Assembly (NCBI GenBank): GCA_002503285.1
Contig: DARI01000006.1
Location: 4,068-68,067 of the forward strand
DNA length: 64,000 nucleotides
From: Euryarchaeota archaeon UBA557
GTDB taxonomy: Archaea > Thermoplasmatota > Poseidoniia > Poseidoniales > Thalassarchaeaceae
Direction: 5' to 3'
A model generated the notes under the pieces. The model was not told the DNA's origin. It did no database searches and saw only the letters and a list, made by a program, of their open reading frames with translations. Numbering within the stretch: the stretch's first letter is position 1; each line of letters starts with the position of its first letter. The position numbers and the translations under genes were made by a program. Positions 8,177-16,558 of this stretch are shown here, in pieces.

Positions 8177-11100
8177 CTAAATTTCATTTAAATCACCTTC
8201 TTCTAACATAATTCTAAATTCAAATATTGATTGGATGCGTTTTGAAGTATTATCAGGGATAGTGGCTAAATTTACAAGTTCACTAAGCCATGATGGATGG
8301 CCCAACTCGGTAATTTTTTTTGTTCTATAATCACTCGAAAATATGCCTGCATCCTCATTTGTCAATAGATGCCATAGTATTTGACCTACCCCATAAACAT
8401 CTGTGAATGGCCCAGTAACTCCTCTTTCTCTTTCTGGTGGTGACCAACCCATGGTGTGGGCGCCTCCCGATTTAGAAATTCCTTCACCAGCATCTACCCC
8501 CTTAGATAGCCCAAAGTCTATCAATACAACTCCTTTTTTGGGAGATAACATGATATTATGTGGCTTTATATCTCTGTGGTAAATTGGCATATCTAGATCT
8601 GCCATATATTCTAAAACTTCACAGCATTCTGACATAAGAGAAATTATTCTTTCAAGTTTTTGTTTAAAATTACCATTTATGACTGCCTTCATTTCTTGAT
8701 TTAGGCTTGTTCCTTCTATGTATTCCATTATCAGAACTTGTACTCGAACTCCATCATTATTCTCAATTAATCCCGAATCAATATATTTCGGAATACGTGG
8801 ATGTTCTAATGATTTTAATATTTCAATTTCATTAATTAAAGTATCATTTACTTTGGAAGCTGAAAGTTGTCTGCTTGGGGCGGCTTGTTTCCAAACTATG
8901 TCATTTCCGGATTTGGAATCTCTTCCCAAATAAACTTCTGCAAAACCTCCATCTGCTTTTAGATGCCTAGTTGTTCGATATCGAGATTGATCTAATTGGC
9001 CAGAAAATTCTGTTGATTTAGAGTCAGTCCCGGCACTGTAATTTAGCATACCATCATGAGTTAGGTCTGCTAAAACATCTTCTAATTTTCTTCCTGTTGC
9101 TCTTGCTATATTTTCAATAACAGAGATATCCATTTCTTCAATTTTAAATGATAAATTTTGATTTGGCTTATCAGAAGTATTTGATTGAATTATGTCAGTT
9201 TTTATTTCTGTAGATTTTTGATGAACATCTTCCTTTGATCTTAATTTGGCATCCGTTTCCTTAGTTGGGTCCAAAAGTACCTCGATTACACCTAGAACTG
9301 ATTCTAAACCTTCTTTTCTTGTCGGAGTTGCCACTGATTTCATCATTGCCTCTGATATTTTTAATTTCAATGAGGATAGTCTTCTCAGAGATGATGCAGG
9401 ACTTTTCTTTGATAAAATAACTATTTCATCCGCAAGATTTTCAAAATATTCTACAGAGATTGGAGTCAAGGGAAAGGATTTTTCATATTCTCCGGACTTC
9501 CAAATTCCATTATTCATTATACTTCCATCCGAATTGTATAAAATTCCTTTTCCATCATATTTTCCATCCTTGAATTGGCCCTCATAATGGCTACCATTTG
9601 CATAATAATATACTCCATCACCATTTTGTAAATCATTTTGATATAATCCTTCATACCTATCTCCGTCAGCGCCAAAGAAAATTCCAATTCCTTGCATCTT
9701 ACCTTTTGCATATTGACCTTCATACCGGTCCCCATCCGCAAAATAATACATCCCAAATCCATCCCTTATTCCACCTAAATAATTACCTTCATATCTGCTA
9801 CCATCAGCATAATAATATATTCCAAAGCCATTTCTTTTATCCTGAACATATTCTCCTTCATATCTACCTCCATCGGCATAATTGAAAATACCTTGTCCTT
9901 GCCTTTTACCCTGATAATATTCTCCATCATAGCCCCCTCCATCGGCTGTAAAATCAATTCCTTTTCCGTGACGAATTCCATCAATGAATTCACCTTCATA
10001 TCGATCTCCATCCGTACTATGGAATATTGCGCGACCCGACATTTTACCTTTTTTGAATTCTCCCTCGTATCGGTTACCATTGGAGAAATAATAGTTGCCA
10101 AAGCCATCCATAGAATCATTATTGAATTCTCCCTCATATCTATCTCCTTTTTTGTCTGTATCGGCTAACCAATAATAGATTCCTTGGCCATGACGCCTTG
10201 CATTCTTGTAGCCACCTTCATATCTATCTCCATCTTGATCGTAATAAACTCCTTGGCCATGTCTACTATCATCTTTATAATCGCCTTCATACCGACTGCC
10301 GTCTGAATAATAGTATATTCCTTTCCCGTCAGAACCACCATTCTTGTATTCTCCTTCATATCGACTTCCATCTGAATAGAAATATATTCCCTGACCATGC
10401 CGAGCCCCATCTTTGTATTCTCCTTCAAACCTCCCTCCATCTGAACTAAAGTAAACACCTTTGCCATATTTTTTCCCATCTTTATATTGCCCTTCGAATC
10501 TACCACCATTTGCATCATAATGTACACCTGGTCCGTTGGCTAATCCCATCAAATATTGGCCTTCATGGCGCCCTCCATCCGAGCGATAATATGTCCCTTT
10601 ACCATGCCTATTCCCGTTGAGGTATGAACCCTCATATCTGTCTCCGGATATGCCATAATAAATTCCGGGACCCTCTCGCATATCTTCTTTGAATTCACCT
10701 TCATATCTATCTCCAATAGCATAATAATGTATTCCTTTTCCATGCCTCATGTTTTCTTTGAATTTGCCTTCATAGCGGCCACCATCTGCATAATAAAATA
10801 TCTTTTTTTCTATTTTTTTACCTTTTTTACTTTTCTTGGTAATTGAATATATTCCTTGGCCATGCCTTTTTCCATTTTTGAAGCCCCCTTCATAACGGCC
10901 CCCATCGGCATAATTAAAAATTCCTTGACCATGCCTTTTTCCATTTTTGAAAATACCATTGTAAACATCCCCATTATTATAATAATGGATGCCTTTGCCA
11001 TTACGTAAATCTCTAGAAAATTCTCCTTCGTAATGACCGCCATTAGCAAAATGATAATTACCTAATCCATCCCTTAGTCCAATCTTAAAATAACCTTCAT

Positions 11101-11263
11101 AGCGACTTCCATCCGAATAATAAAAAATACCATTTCCATCCCTAAGGCCATTCTTGAAATCACCTTCATAACGGCCTCCATCATGGTAATGAAATACTCC
11201 TTTACCATGCATCTTACCTCCAGAGTCCCTTTCTCCAGAATATCCTAAGGGACTATGGGTCAC
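8177..11263 (-). CDS. MORN-repeat protein fused to a C-terminal Ser/Thr protein kinase domain
   Basis: 1028 aa, starting with GTG. There are about 24 tandem 23-aa units such as 'YEGEFKNGKRHGQGIYYYADGSR'. The last ~267 aa carry 'GGFAEVYLG', 'IVWKQA', 'YHRDIKPHNIML', 'LIDFGLSK' and 'GWSPPE' (kinase subdomains I, II, VIb, VII and VIII). Confidence 0.85.
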   Translation of the reverse strand: MTHSPLGYSGERDSGGKMHGKGVFHYHDGGRYEGDFKNGLRDGNGIFYYSDGSRYEGYFKIGLRDGLGNYHFANGGHYEGEFSRDLRNGKGIHYYNNGDVYNGIFKNGKRHGQGIFNYADGGRYEGGFKNGKRHGQGIYSITKKSKKGKKIEKKIFYYADGGRYEGKFKENMRHGKGIHYYAIGDRYEGEFKEDMREGPGIYYGISGDRYEGSYLNGNRHGKGTYYRSDGGRHEGQYLMGLANGPGVHYDANGGRFEGQYKDGKKYGKGVYFSSDGGRFEGEYKDGARHGQGIYFYSDGSRYEGEYKNGGSDGKGIYYYSDGSRYEGDYKDDSRHGQGVYYDQDGDRYEGGYKNARRHGQGIYYWLADTDKKGDRYEGEFNNDSMDGFGNYYFSNGNRYEGEFKKGKMSGRAIFHSTDGDRYEGEFIDGIRHGKGIDFTADGGGYDGEYYQGKRQGQGIFNYADGGRYEGEYVQDKRNGFGIYYYADGSRYEGNYLGGIRDGFGMYYFADGDRYEGQYAKGKMQGIGIFFGADGDRYEGLYQNDLQNGDGVYYYANGSHYEGQFKDGKYDGKGILYNSDGSIMNNGIWKSGEYEKSFPLTPISVEYFENLADEIVILSKKSPASSLRRLSSLKLKISEAMMKSVATPTRKEGLESVLGVIEVLLDPTKETDAKLRSKEDVHQKSTEIKTDIIQSNTSDKPNQNLSFKIEEMDISVIENIARATGRKLEDVLADLTHDGMLNYSAGTDSKSTEFSGQLDQSRYRTTRHLKADGGFAEVYLGRDSKSGNDIVWKQAAPSRQLSASKVNDTLINEIEILKSLEHPRIPKYIDSGLIENNDGVRVQVLIMEYIEGTSLNQEMKAVINGNFKQKLERIISLMSECCEVLEYMADLDMPIYHRDIKPHNIMLSPKKGVVLIDFGLSKGVDAGEGISKSGGAHTMGWSPPERERGVTGPFTDVYGVGQILWHLLTNEDAGIFSSDYRTKKITELGHPSWLSELVNLATIPDNTSKRIQSIFEFRIMLEEGDLNEI
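9500..11240 (-). repeat. Coding tandem array of ~69-nt MORN repeat units (approximate bounds)
   Basis: The periodic 23-aa repeats are seen directly in the translation. The periodicity also produces many spurious 60-120 aa ORFs in other frames and on the + strand. Confidence 0.8.
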
Positions 11264-11371
11264 GTTCTACGGTTAAAGCATACAGTCTTAACTTTGACTG
11301 AGGGGAAAATTAACATTATGATTCAAAAATTAAAAAGATATTTCTAAAGGTATTAAATTATAATTATTTAA

Positions 11372-12418
11372 CTATGAACTTAATCCATTGGAAAAAAATG
11401 TTACTATGTTATTCTTATATTCATCTGATTCTCCCCAAATAGCGTCTACATGCCCTCTAGATGGTACATACCATGTTGAAATATTGCCATCAACATCATT
11501 CATTCTCTCTTCAAAGTTTTGTGAGTGCACGATGGAAACTCTTGGGTCTTCCATTCCATGAGTTAAGAATACTGGCCTGGAGTCTGAATTTAGAGCAGCC
11601 TCCATTGGCGATCTTGCATCTAATTCTACGCCTACTAACCAACCACCGACAGTAATTGCAGGTCCAGCAAAAATTTGAGGATATCCGAGTCTACCTAATT
11701 CATTTTTTACAAGCAATGGAAAATCTAGAACTGCGCTATCTAACCACATAGCCCCTATACCAGATTCTTCTGCAAATGCTATTGCTGCTCCACCGCCTGC
11801 TGAAAATGCTGCCATACCAACCTCGCCGGGCATGTACTCTTTTTCGGAGACTAACCAATCATAAGCTCCTAGTAAGTCATTATATTCTATTTGTCCGACT
11901 GCAAAATAATCATCAACAACATCACTTTCTCCATAATTTCTAAGATCAAAAGACAATGTATTAATGCCGCCCTCAGAGAGATAACTTTGCATCAATAACA
12001 TTTCCGGTTTACATTTTCCGTTGATCGGCATCCCATGAGTTTGGATCACAACTGGTGCTTCGGAATCAACCTCAACATACCAACCCCTGAGAGAAATCTC
12101 GGAATTTCCACGGGGATTAAAGGTAATATTTTCATATGAATCCATTTGTAAATTTGAAACATCAAAATCTCGACGAATGTTTATTCTTTCTTCAGAATCA
12201 TTATATGGCTCGAAACTATTCCAATCATCATTTGTTGTCCAATTATCAGGAGTGTTATTTGACCAAATTCCACATCCTGGATTGATTGACAATGATGCAG
12301 ATGCCACTGCATAGCCTATACCAACATATGCAGTAGATAACACAAAAATAATGATTAAACTTATTGCAGTTATTCTTTTTTTATTTAGACTAGAAAATGT
12401 AGACAAGACGAGTTCCAT
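11372..12418 (-). CDS. Membrane-anchored alpha/beta-fold hydrolase
   Basis: 348 aa with an N-terminal TM segment. It has a nucleophile-elbow-like 'MAAFSAGGGAA', a late 'THGMEDPRV' and 'GHVD', consistent with a Ser-Asp-His hydrolase of the dienelactone hydrolase/S9-like type. Confidence 0.65.
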   Translation of the reverse strand: MELVLSTFSSLNKKRITAISLIIIFVLSTAYVGIGYAVASASLSINPGCGIWSNNTPDNWTTNDDWNSFEPYNDSEERINIRRDFDVSNLQMDSYENITFNPRGNSEISLRGWYVEVDSEAPVVIQTHGMPINGKCKPEMLLMQSYLSEGGINTLSFDLRNYGESDVVDDYFAVGQIEYNDLLGAYDWLVSEKEYMPGEVGMAAFSAGGGAAIAFAEESGIGAMWLDSAVLDFPLLVKNELGRLGYPQIFAGPAITVGGWLVGVELDARSPMEAALNSDSRPVFLTHGMEDPRVSIVHSQNFEERMNDVDGNISTWYVPSRGHVDAIWGESDEYKNNIVTFFSNGLSS

Positions 12419-12461
12419 TGATACCTTGGCTAAGGCATAAATAGATTAAATTTACTCGGCA

Positions 12462-13268
12462 TTATTCCCATGGATCAATTCTAATTACATGATTAATAAG
12501 TATTTTTGAAGATCCGGAAGATTTGGCATTTTCTTCTGCCTTTACTAACATTCTCCTCAGCCAACCAAGCATCATAAATGTTTTAGTTTTCTCAAAATTT
12601 AATTCAATTTCTGCAAATTTTCCAGAATGGATATTTCCTTGCAAATCTTCTTGTAATTCTGCTGCATGATCGTAATACACCAGTAACAAATCTTCTAATG
12701 CTTCATCCTCTATTTTCATGCTGATGAGATTTTTAGCCATTGATTTTATGTTAAAGGTAGTCAGTATTGCCCCATTAAAAGTAGCATCAATATCAGATTT
12801 AGAAAGATTATTTTCTTTACCAAGAATATCGTCATTATTATCTCCTAATTCTTCAAAATCTCCATTTAAAGATTCTAAAGCTGTATCTAAATGACGAGGT
12901 TTTATTGTATTCATTTTATCTTGATCTGCATTATCTGACGCCAACAATAATAATTTTAAGAGATAATTTTCAAGATTCTCATTAACAGAAACTACTGCTG
13001 CACTTCCAACTGAATCTAGTTTTTTTACATTATTAATCATCATCCCCCTAGTCCTATTGAATCCCAGCCTAGTGCGATTAGGGTCACCTAATGTCTTGCG
13101 TTCAGGATCAATAGATATCGTTGCTTCTTCCATATCTGAAGTAATCCTTCGTAATTCATAACTTAGTAAATCTACTAGTTTAGATTTAACATCTCCTGAT
13201 ATACGCTTGTCGACACCCATTCCCTTTGCCACTTCTCCGATATGAGAAGTTGCCCACGGCTTTGCCAT
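12462..13268 (-). CDS. Hypothetical protein with N-terminal tandem histone-fold-like segments
   Basis: 268 aa. Residues 5-65, 'WATSHIGEVAKGMGVDKRISGDVKSKLVDLLSYELRRITSDMEEA..ERKTLG', align by eye to archaeal histone HMfB ('[53 protein letters not shown]'). A second similar unit runs 'MINNVKKL...NTIKPRHLDTALESL'. Confidence 0.4.
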   Translation of the reverse strand: MAKPWATSHIGEVAKGMGVDKRISGDVKSKLVDLLSYELRRITSDMEEATISIDPERKTLGDPNRTRLGFNRTRGMMINNVKKLDSVGSAAVVSVNENLENYLLKLLLLASDNADQDKMNTIKPRHLDTALESLNGDFEELGDNNDDILGKENNLSKSDIDATFNGAILTTFNIKSMAKNLISMKIEDEALEDLLLVYYDHAAELQEDLQGNIHSGKFAEIELNFEKTKTFMMLGWLRRMLVKAEENAKSSGSSKILINHVIRIDPWE

Positions 13269-13322
13269 ATGTAATGGAAGAGAGTTTCTTACTTGAATTA
13301 TCTTACTTAATTGAAATAAAAT

Positions 13323-13835
13323 TTAAAGGGGTTTACGTATGTTTATTTTCGACGCAAATATTAGTATCATTAAAGTTGAAGGTAATAAAAAGTTTGGTAA
13401 CGATTTTTCAGATATTTCTTGATCGGATTCTTCCTGAACAGGAGATGGAGATTCAGCAATTATTGGTTTAACAATAACAATTCCTTCCATTCCCATTAAT
13501 TCATGAGGTTCGCATATGTATGTGTAAGTACCATTAGTACCAACTTCAAAAATAAAGGAATAATCTACATTGGTTTCTGGATTGCCAGAATCAAAAATAC
13601 CATTTTCTTCCACTGCATTATGTCCTAATATTTCATCACTCCAAAAGAATCGTAATTCTTGAGTCTCATAAATTGTAACTTCTGAGGGAGTAAATCTAAA
13701 ATTTGTACTGTCAACCGTTACTATCACTGGTTCATAATCAGTAGTTGTCAGAGAATTATTACTGAAATCACCATTCACTGTGATAATTGGAACTAAAAAG
13801 CAAAATAGAATTGTAGCTATTAATGAACGTACCAC
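13323..13835 (-). CDS. Type-1 (blue) copper protein, plastocyanin/halocyanin-like cupredoxin
   Basis: 170 aa. The Cu ligand pattern is His in 'ILGHNAVEE' plus 'YICEPHELMGM' (C-x2-H-x4-M). It has an N-terminal signal/TM segment and a C-terminal hydrophobic tail. Confidence 0.8.
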   Translation of the reverse strand: MVRSLIATILFCFLVPIITVNGDFSNNSLTTTDYEPVIVTVDSTNFRFTPSEVTIYETQELRFFWSDEILGHNAVEENGIFDSGNPETNVDYSFIFEVGTNGTYTYICEPHELMGMEGIVIVKPIIAESPSPVQEESDQEISEKSLPNFLLPSTLMILIFASKINIRKPL

Positions 13836-13876
13836 ATAAAACCTTAGACGGGTATAGTCTATGAAGGGATGTTTTT

Positions 13877-14086
13877 TTATAAATTTGATATATCGAAATG
13901 ATTATCTAAAATTTGGATAATATTTTCACAGTTTTTATTAACATCAAACAATGTGTTATCTGAAGTATAAATCAATAATGATTCCCCATTATTTGGTTGT
14001 TCTTTGGGTTTCTGATATGCACATATTGCATTTGTATTAATTCTAGTAGGGCCAACTTCAGTTTCAACTAATATCCACATGTTCAT
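13877..14086 (-). CDS. Hypothetical protein (69 aa)
   Basis: Open frame only; no recognisable motif. Confidence 0.35.
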   Translation of the reverse strand: MNMWILVETEVGPTRINTNAICAYQKPKEQPNNGESLLIYTSDNTLFDVNKNCENIIQILDNHFDISNL

Positions 14087-14390
14087 AAAGCCGACCCGAT
14101 TAAAATTTGGTTTTAATGATTGGCATCATAAGTATAGTATTGAAATCATCATTTATTTCAATTTTATAAATTTAGGCATGGTAGCCAAATCCAAATATAT
14201 ATTAAAAAGATACAAGAAAATAATAAATTCCCTGGGTAATACACAATGAGCGATTATTTGTTGCAGATAAACAAGGCACTTGACCAATATAAAAAGTAAT
14301 CAAAACTTGAATAAGTAATGGAATTTACATTAGCTTTTTATTCATCATATTACCAATAATTAAAAATATATAAATTATATAAAAATTTAA

Positions 14391-14543
14391 TTATTTTAAT
14401 CGTTTATTTTCCATAGCAGAATTTCTTAATAAAAATTCAATTTGAGAATTAAATGATCTTAAATCATCAGCGGCCCATTTCTGTAAAACTCTATGCAAGT
14501 TCGGATCTAAGCGAAGAAGGATTTTCTTTTTTTCCGACAGCAT
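14391..14543 (-). CDS. Arc/MetJ-type ribbon-helix-helix DNA-binding protein (50 aa), absent from the ORF track
   Basis: Hand translation gives MLSEKKKILLRLDPNLHRVLQKWAADDLRSFNSQIEFLLRNSAMENKRLK. It aligns with phage P22 Arc ('FNLRWPREVLDLVRKVAEENGRSVNSEIYQRVMESF'). The start lies 11 nt after the SPFH gene stop. Confidence 0.7.
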   Translation of the reverse strand: MLSEKKKILLRLDPNLHRVLQKWAADDLRSFNSQIEFLLRNSAMENKRLK

Positions 14544-14554
14544 TTTAATCCAAC

Positions 14555-15448
14555 TTAGTACAAAGTTCCAGTATTAATGACAGGGGTAGTATCAGTTTCT
14601 GAGCAAAGGACAACTAGAAGATTACTTACCATAGTTGCTTTCTTTTCTTCATCCAATTCAATAATATTCTTTTCGCTAAGTTGCTCTAGGGCTAGTTCCA
14701 CCATTCCAACTGCACCTTTTACAATCTCACTACGTGCTGCTACAACTGCACTTGCCTGTTGCCTACGCAACATAGCTTGTGCTATTTCTTGTGAATATGC
14801 GAGATGGCTTATGCGAGCTTCAAGCACTTCAATTCCTGCTCTCTTTAGTCTATTTTCTACAGATTGTTGTAATTGCATTGCGATTTCTTCTTGGTGACTT
14901 GAGAGTGCTATGCCGCCAACATCTTTGTCTTCAATAACATCATATGGATACTTTGTAGCCATGGCCCTTAATGCTGCTTCGCTTTGAATTTGCACATAAT
15001 TATTATAATTATCAACTTCAAACAACGCTTCTGCTGCATCAAAAACTCTCCATACTACTACAGCGGCTATTTCAACTGGATTTGCATTGACATCATTTAC
15101 TTTCAACATCTTTGATTCAAAGTTTCTGATTCTTAATGAAATTCCTGTCTTTTGATACAGAGGATTTAGAAGAAAGCGGAACCCTTCAATTCTCACTGTA
15201 CCTGAATATTTACCAAAAAATTGTAATGCTTTTGCTTCATTTGGTTGAATAATCATGTAACTGTTCGTATATATCATCCATAATGGGCCAGTAATGATTA
15301 TTAATACACTTAAATTAGATACCCAGATTAAAATTATTAAATTAAATAATCCCAATAGAATATGCAATATTAAACCTATGAAACCATTTAGAGTGTTTTT
15401 TTCGATATCTTTTATTAGTTCTTCTTTTCTAATTACAGTATCCGACAT
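14555..15448 (-). CDS. SPFH/Band-7 (stomatin/prohibitin-like) domain protein
   Basis: 297 aa. An N-terminal TM hairpin is followed by 'VEIAAVVVWRVFDAAEALFEVDNY..VQIQSEAALRAMA' and an Ala/Gln-rich coiled segment 'EIAQAMLRRQQASAVVAAR', typical of SPFH proteins. Confidence 0.85.
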   Translation of the reverse strand: MSDTVIRKEELIKDIEKNTLNGFIGLILHILLGLFNLIILIWVSNLSVLIIITGPLWMIYTNSYMIIQPNEAKALQFFGKYSGTVRIEGFRFLLNPLYQKTGISLRIRNFESKMLKVNDVNANPVEIAAVVVWRVFDAAEALFEVDNYNNYVQIQSEAALRAMATKYPYDVIEDKDVGGIALSSHQEEIAMQLQQSVENRLKRAGIEVLEARISHLAYSQEIAQAMLRRQQASAVVAARSEIVKGAVGMVELALEQLSEKNIIELDEEKKATMVSNLLVVLCSETDTTPVINTGTLY

Positions 15449-15590
15449 AATATTATCCTAATTACACCTAGTAGGGCCACAATTATAAAGATATCTAAAT
15501 AATATCATATTAGTATCATATTTTAACAAATATTTTATTTTTAATAATACGTAGAAATAATAAAATATGAAGTAGATTTACGAGCGTCTC

Positions 15591-15926
15591 ATGGTAGAGC
15601 AAATACAAGGAATCATAGTAGTTAATACCGAAACAATTCCTGGAAAACTAATAACTGAAAGTTTTGGAGTAGTTTCTGGTTCAACAGTTCGGGCAAAGAA
15701 TATCGGCAGAGACATTACTCAAGGATTGAAGAATATTATGGGAGGTGAACTCCATAAATATACAGAATTATTGGAAGAATCTCGAAAAGAGGCTATGAGT
15801 AGAATGGTTTCTGATGCTATGGCAAGAGGGGCCAATGCAATAGTCAATGTTAGATTTGCAACTTCAGCAGTTACAACTGGAGCGGCAGAATTATTTGCTT
15901 ATGGAACTGCTGTCAAGATTGAATAA
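15591..15926 (+). CDS. YbjQ/UPF0145 (DUF74) family protein
   Basis: 111 aa. 'TTETIPGK..GVVSGSTVRAKNIGRDI..GGE...YTELLEESRKEAMSRM...A...GANAIVNVRF......GAAELFAYGTAV' is the canonical YbjQ pattern. Confidence 0.85.
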   Translation: MVEQIQGIIVVNTETIPGKLITESFGVVSGSTVRAKNIGRDITQGLKNIMGGELHKYTELLEESRKEAMSRMVSDAMARGANAIVNVRFATSAVTTGAAELFAYGTAVKIE

Positions 15927-15934
15927 CTAATTAG

Positions 15935-16465
15935 GTGATTTTAATGATCGGAGAGTTATTAGGAATCTTGTTAATTTTATTTGGAATTTTCTGGGTAGCG
16001 TTAGGTTTAATTTGGGCAATTGCATACCCAACCCTCCTTATTTGGGGGCTTGTATTTAGTGGCAAAAATCTTGATGAAATGATTGCAAACACTGTAGAAA
16101 GAGAAACTGAGATTATATCAAAAAATGGGAAGGATCTGTTATCAAATATTGACGGAGGGTACCGTAAAGACGTCAAATCCTCAGGCATAGTATGGGCTGG
16201 AGCTGTGTATGGGCCAAGTCATTGGCACCTACTTAGAGGATTTTTAAATAATATAGTCGGAGGTTCAGTAGATATTTTTCAGAAAGTAATATCTGCTGGA
16301 AGGGCTGAATCCATGCAAAGACTAAGAGAAGTTGCAATTAATGAAGGGTGGGACGAAGTTATTAATGTAAGAATTGATACTTCTCCAATGACTCCTGCAT
16401 CTCAAAAAAAGGGACTTAAAGCAGTTGAAGTTTTTGCATATGGGACTGGCATCAAATATTCTTGA
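15935..16465 (+). CDS. Membrane-anchored YbjQ/UPF0145-like protein
   Basis: 176 aa, starting with GTG. An N-terminal double TM segment is followed by a divergent YbjQ-like core ('GGSVDIFQKVISAGRAESMQRLREVAINEGWDEVINVRIDTS...VEVFAYGTGI'). Confidence 0.65.
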   Translation: MILMIGELLGILLILFGIFWVALGLIWAIAYPTLLIWGLVFSGKNLDEMIANTVERETEIISKNGKDLLSNIDGGYRKDVKSSGIVWAGAVYGPSHWHLLRGFLNNIVGGSVDIFQKVISAGRAESMQRLREVAINEGWDEVINVRIDTSPMTPASQKKGLKAVEVFAYGTGIKYS

Positions 16466-16558
16466 CATATTTAATCACAGTTTTCAATACACATGTGTTA
16501 CTCGGACATATATCTGACACGGCCCCTTTGTGGGATATGGAGTCGGAGGTTTACATTA

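Noticed and set aside
9246-11049. About ten 60-120 aa ORFs on both strands inside the MORN-kinase gene (for example 9517-9762, 9775-10137, 10165-10527, 9598-9885).
   Set aside because: They are frame-shifted or antisense readings of the 69-nt periodic MORN repeats, giving Met/Lys/Glu-rich or His/Leu-rich nonsense. Only the 1028-aa frame gives coherent MORN and kinase motifs.
13877-14543. A toxin-antitoxin pair formed by the Arc-like RHH gene and the downstream 69-aa ORF.
   Set aside because: The two are separated by 304 nt. The 69-aa product has no toxin-like motif, and the RHH gene is coupled to the upstream SPFH gene instead.
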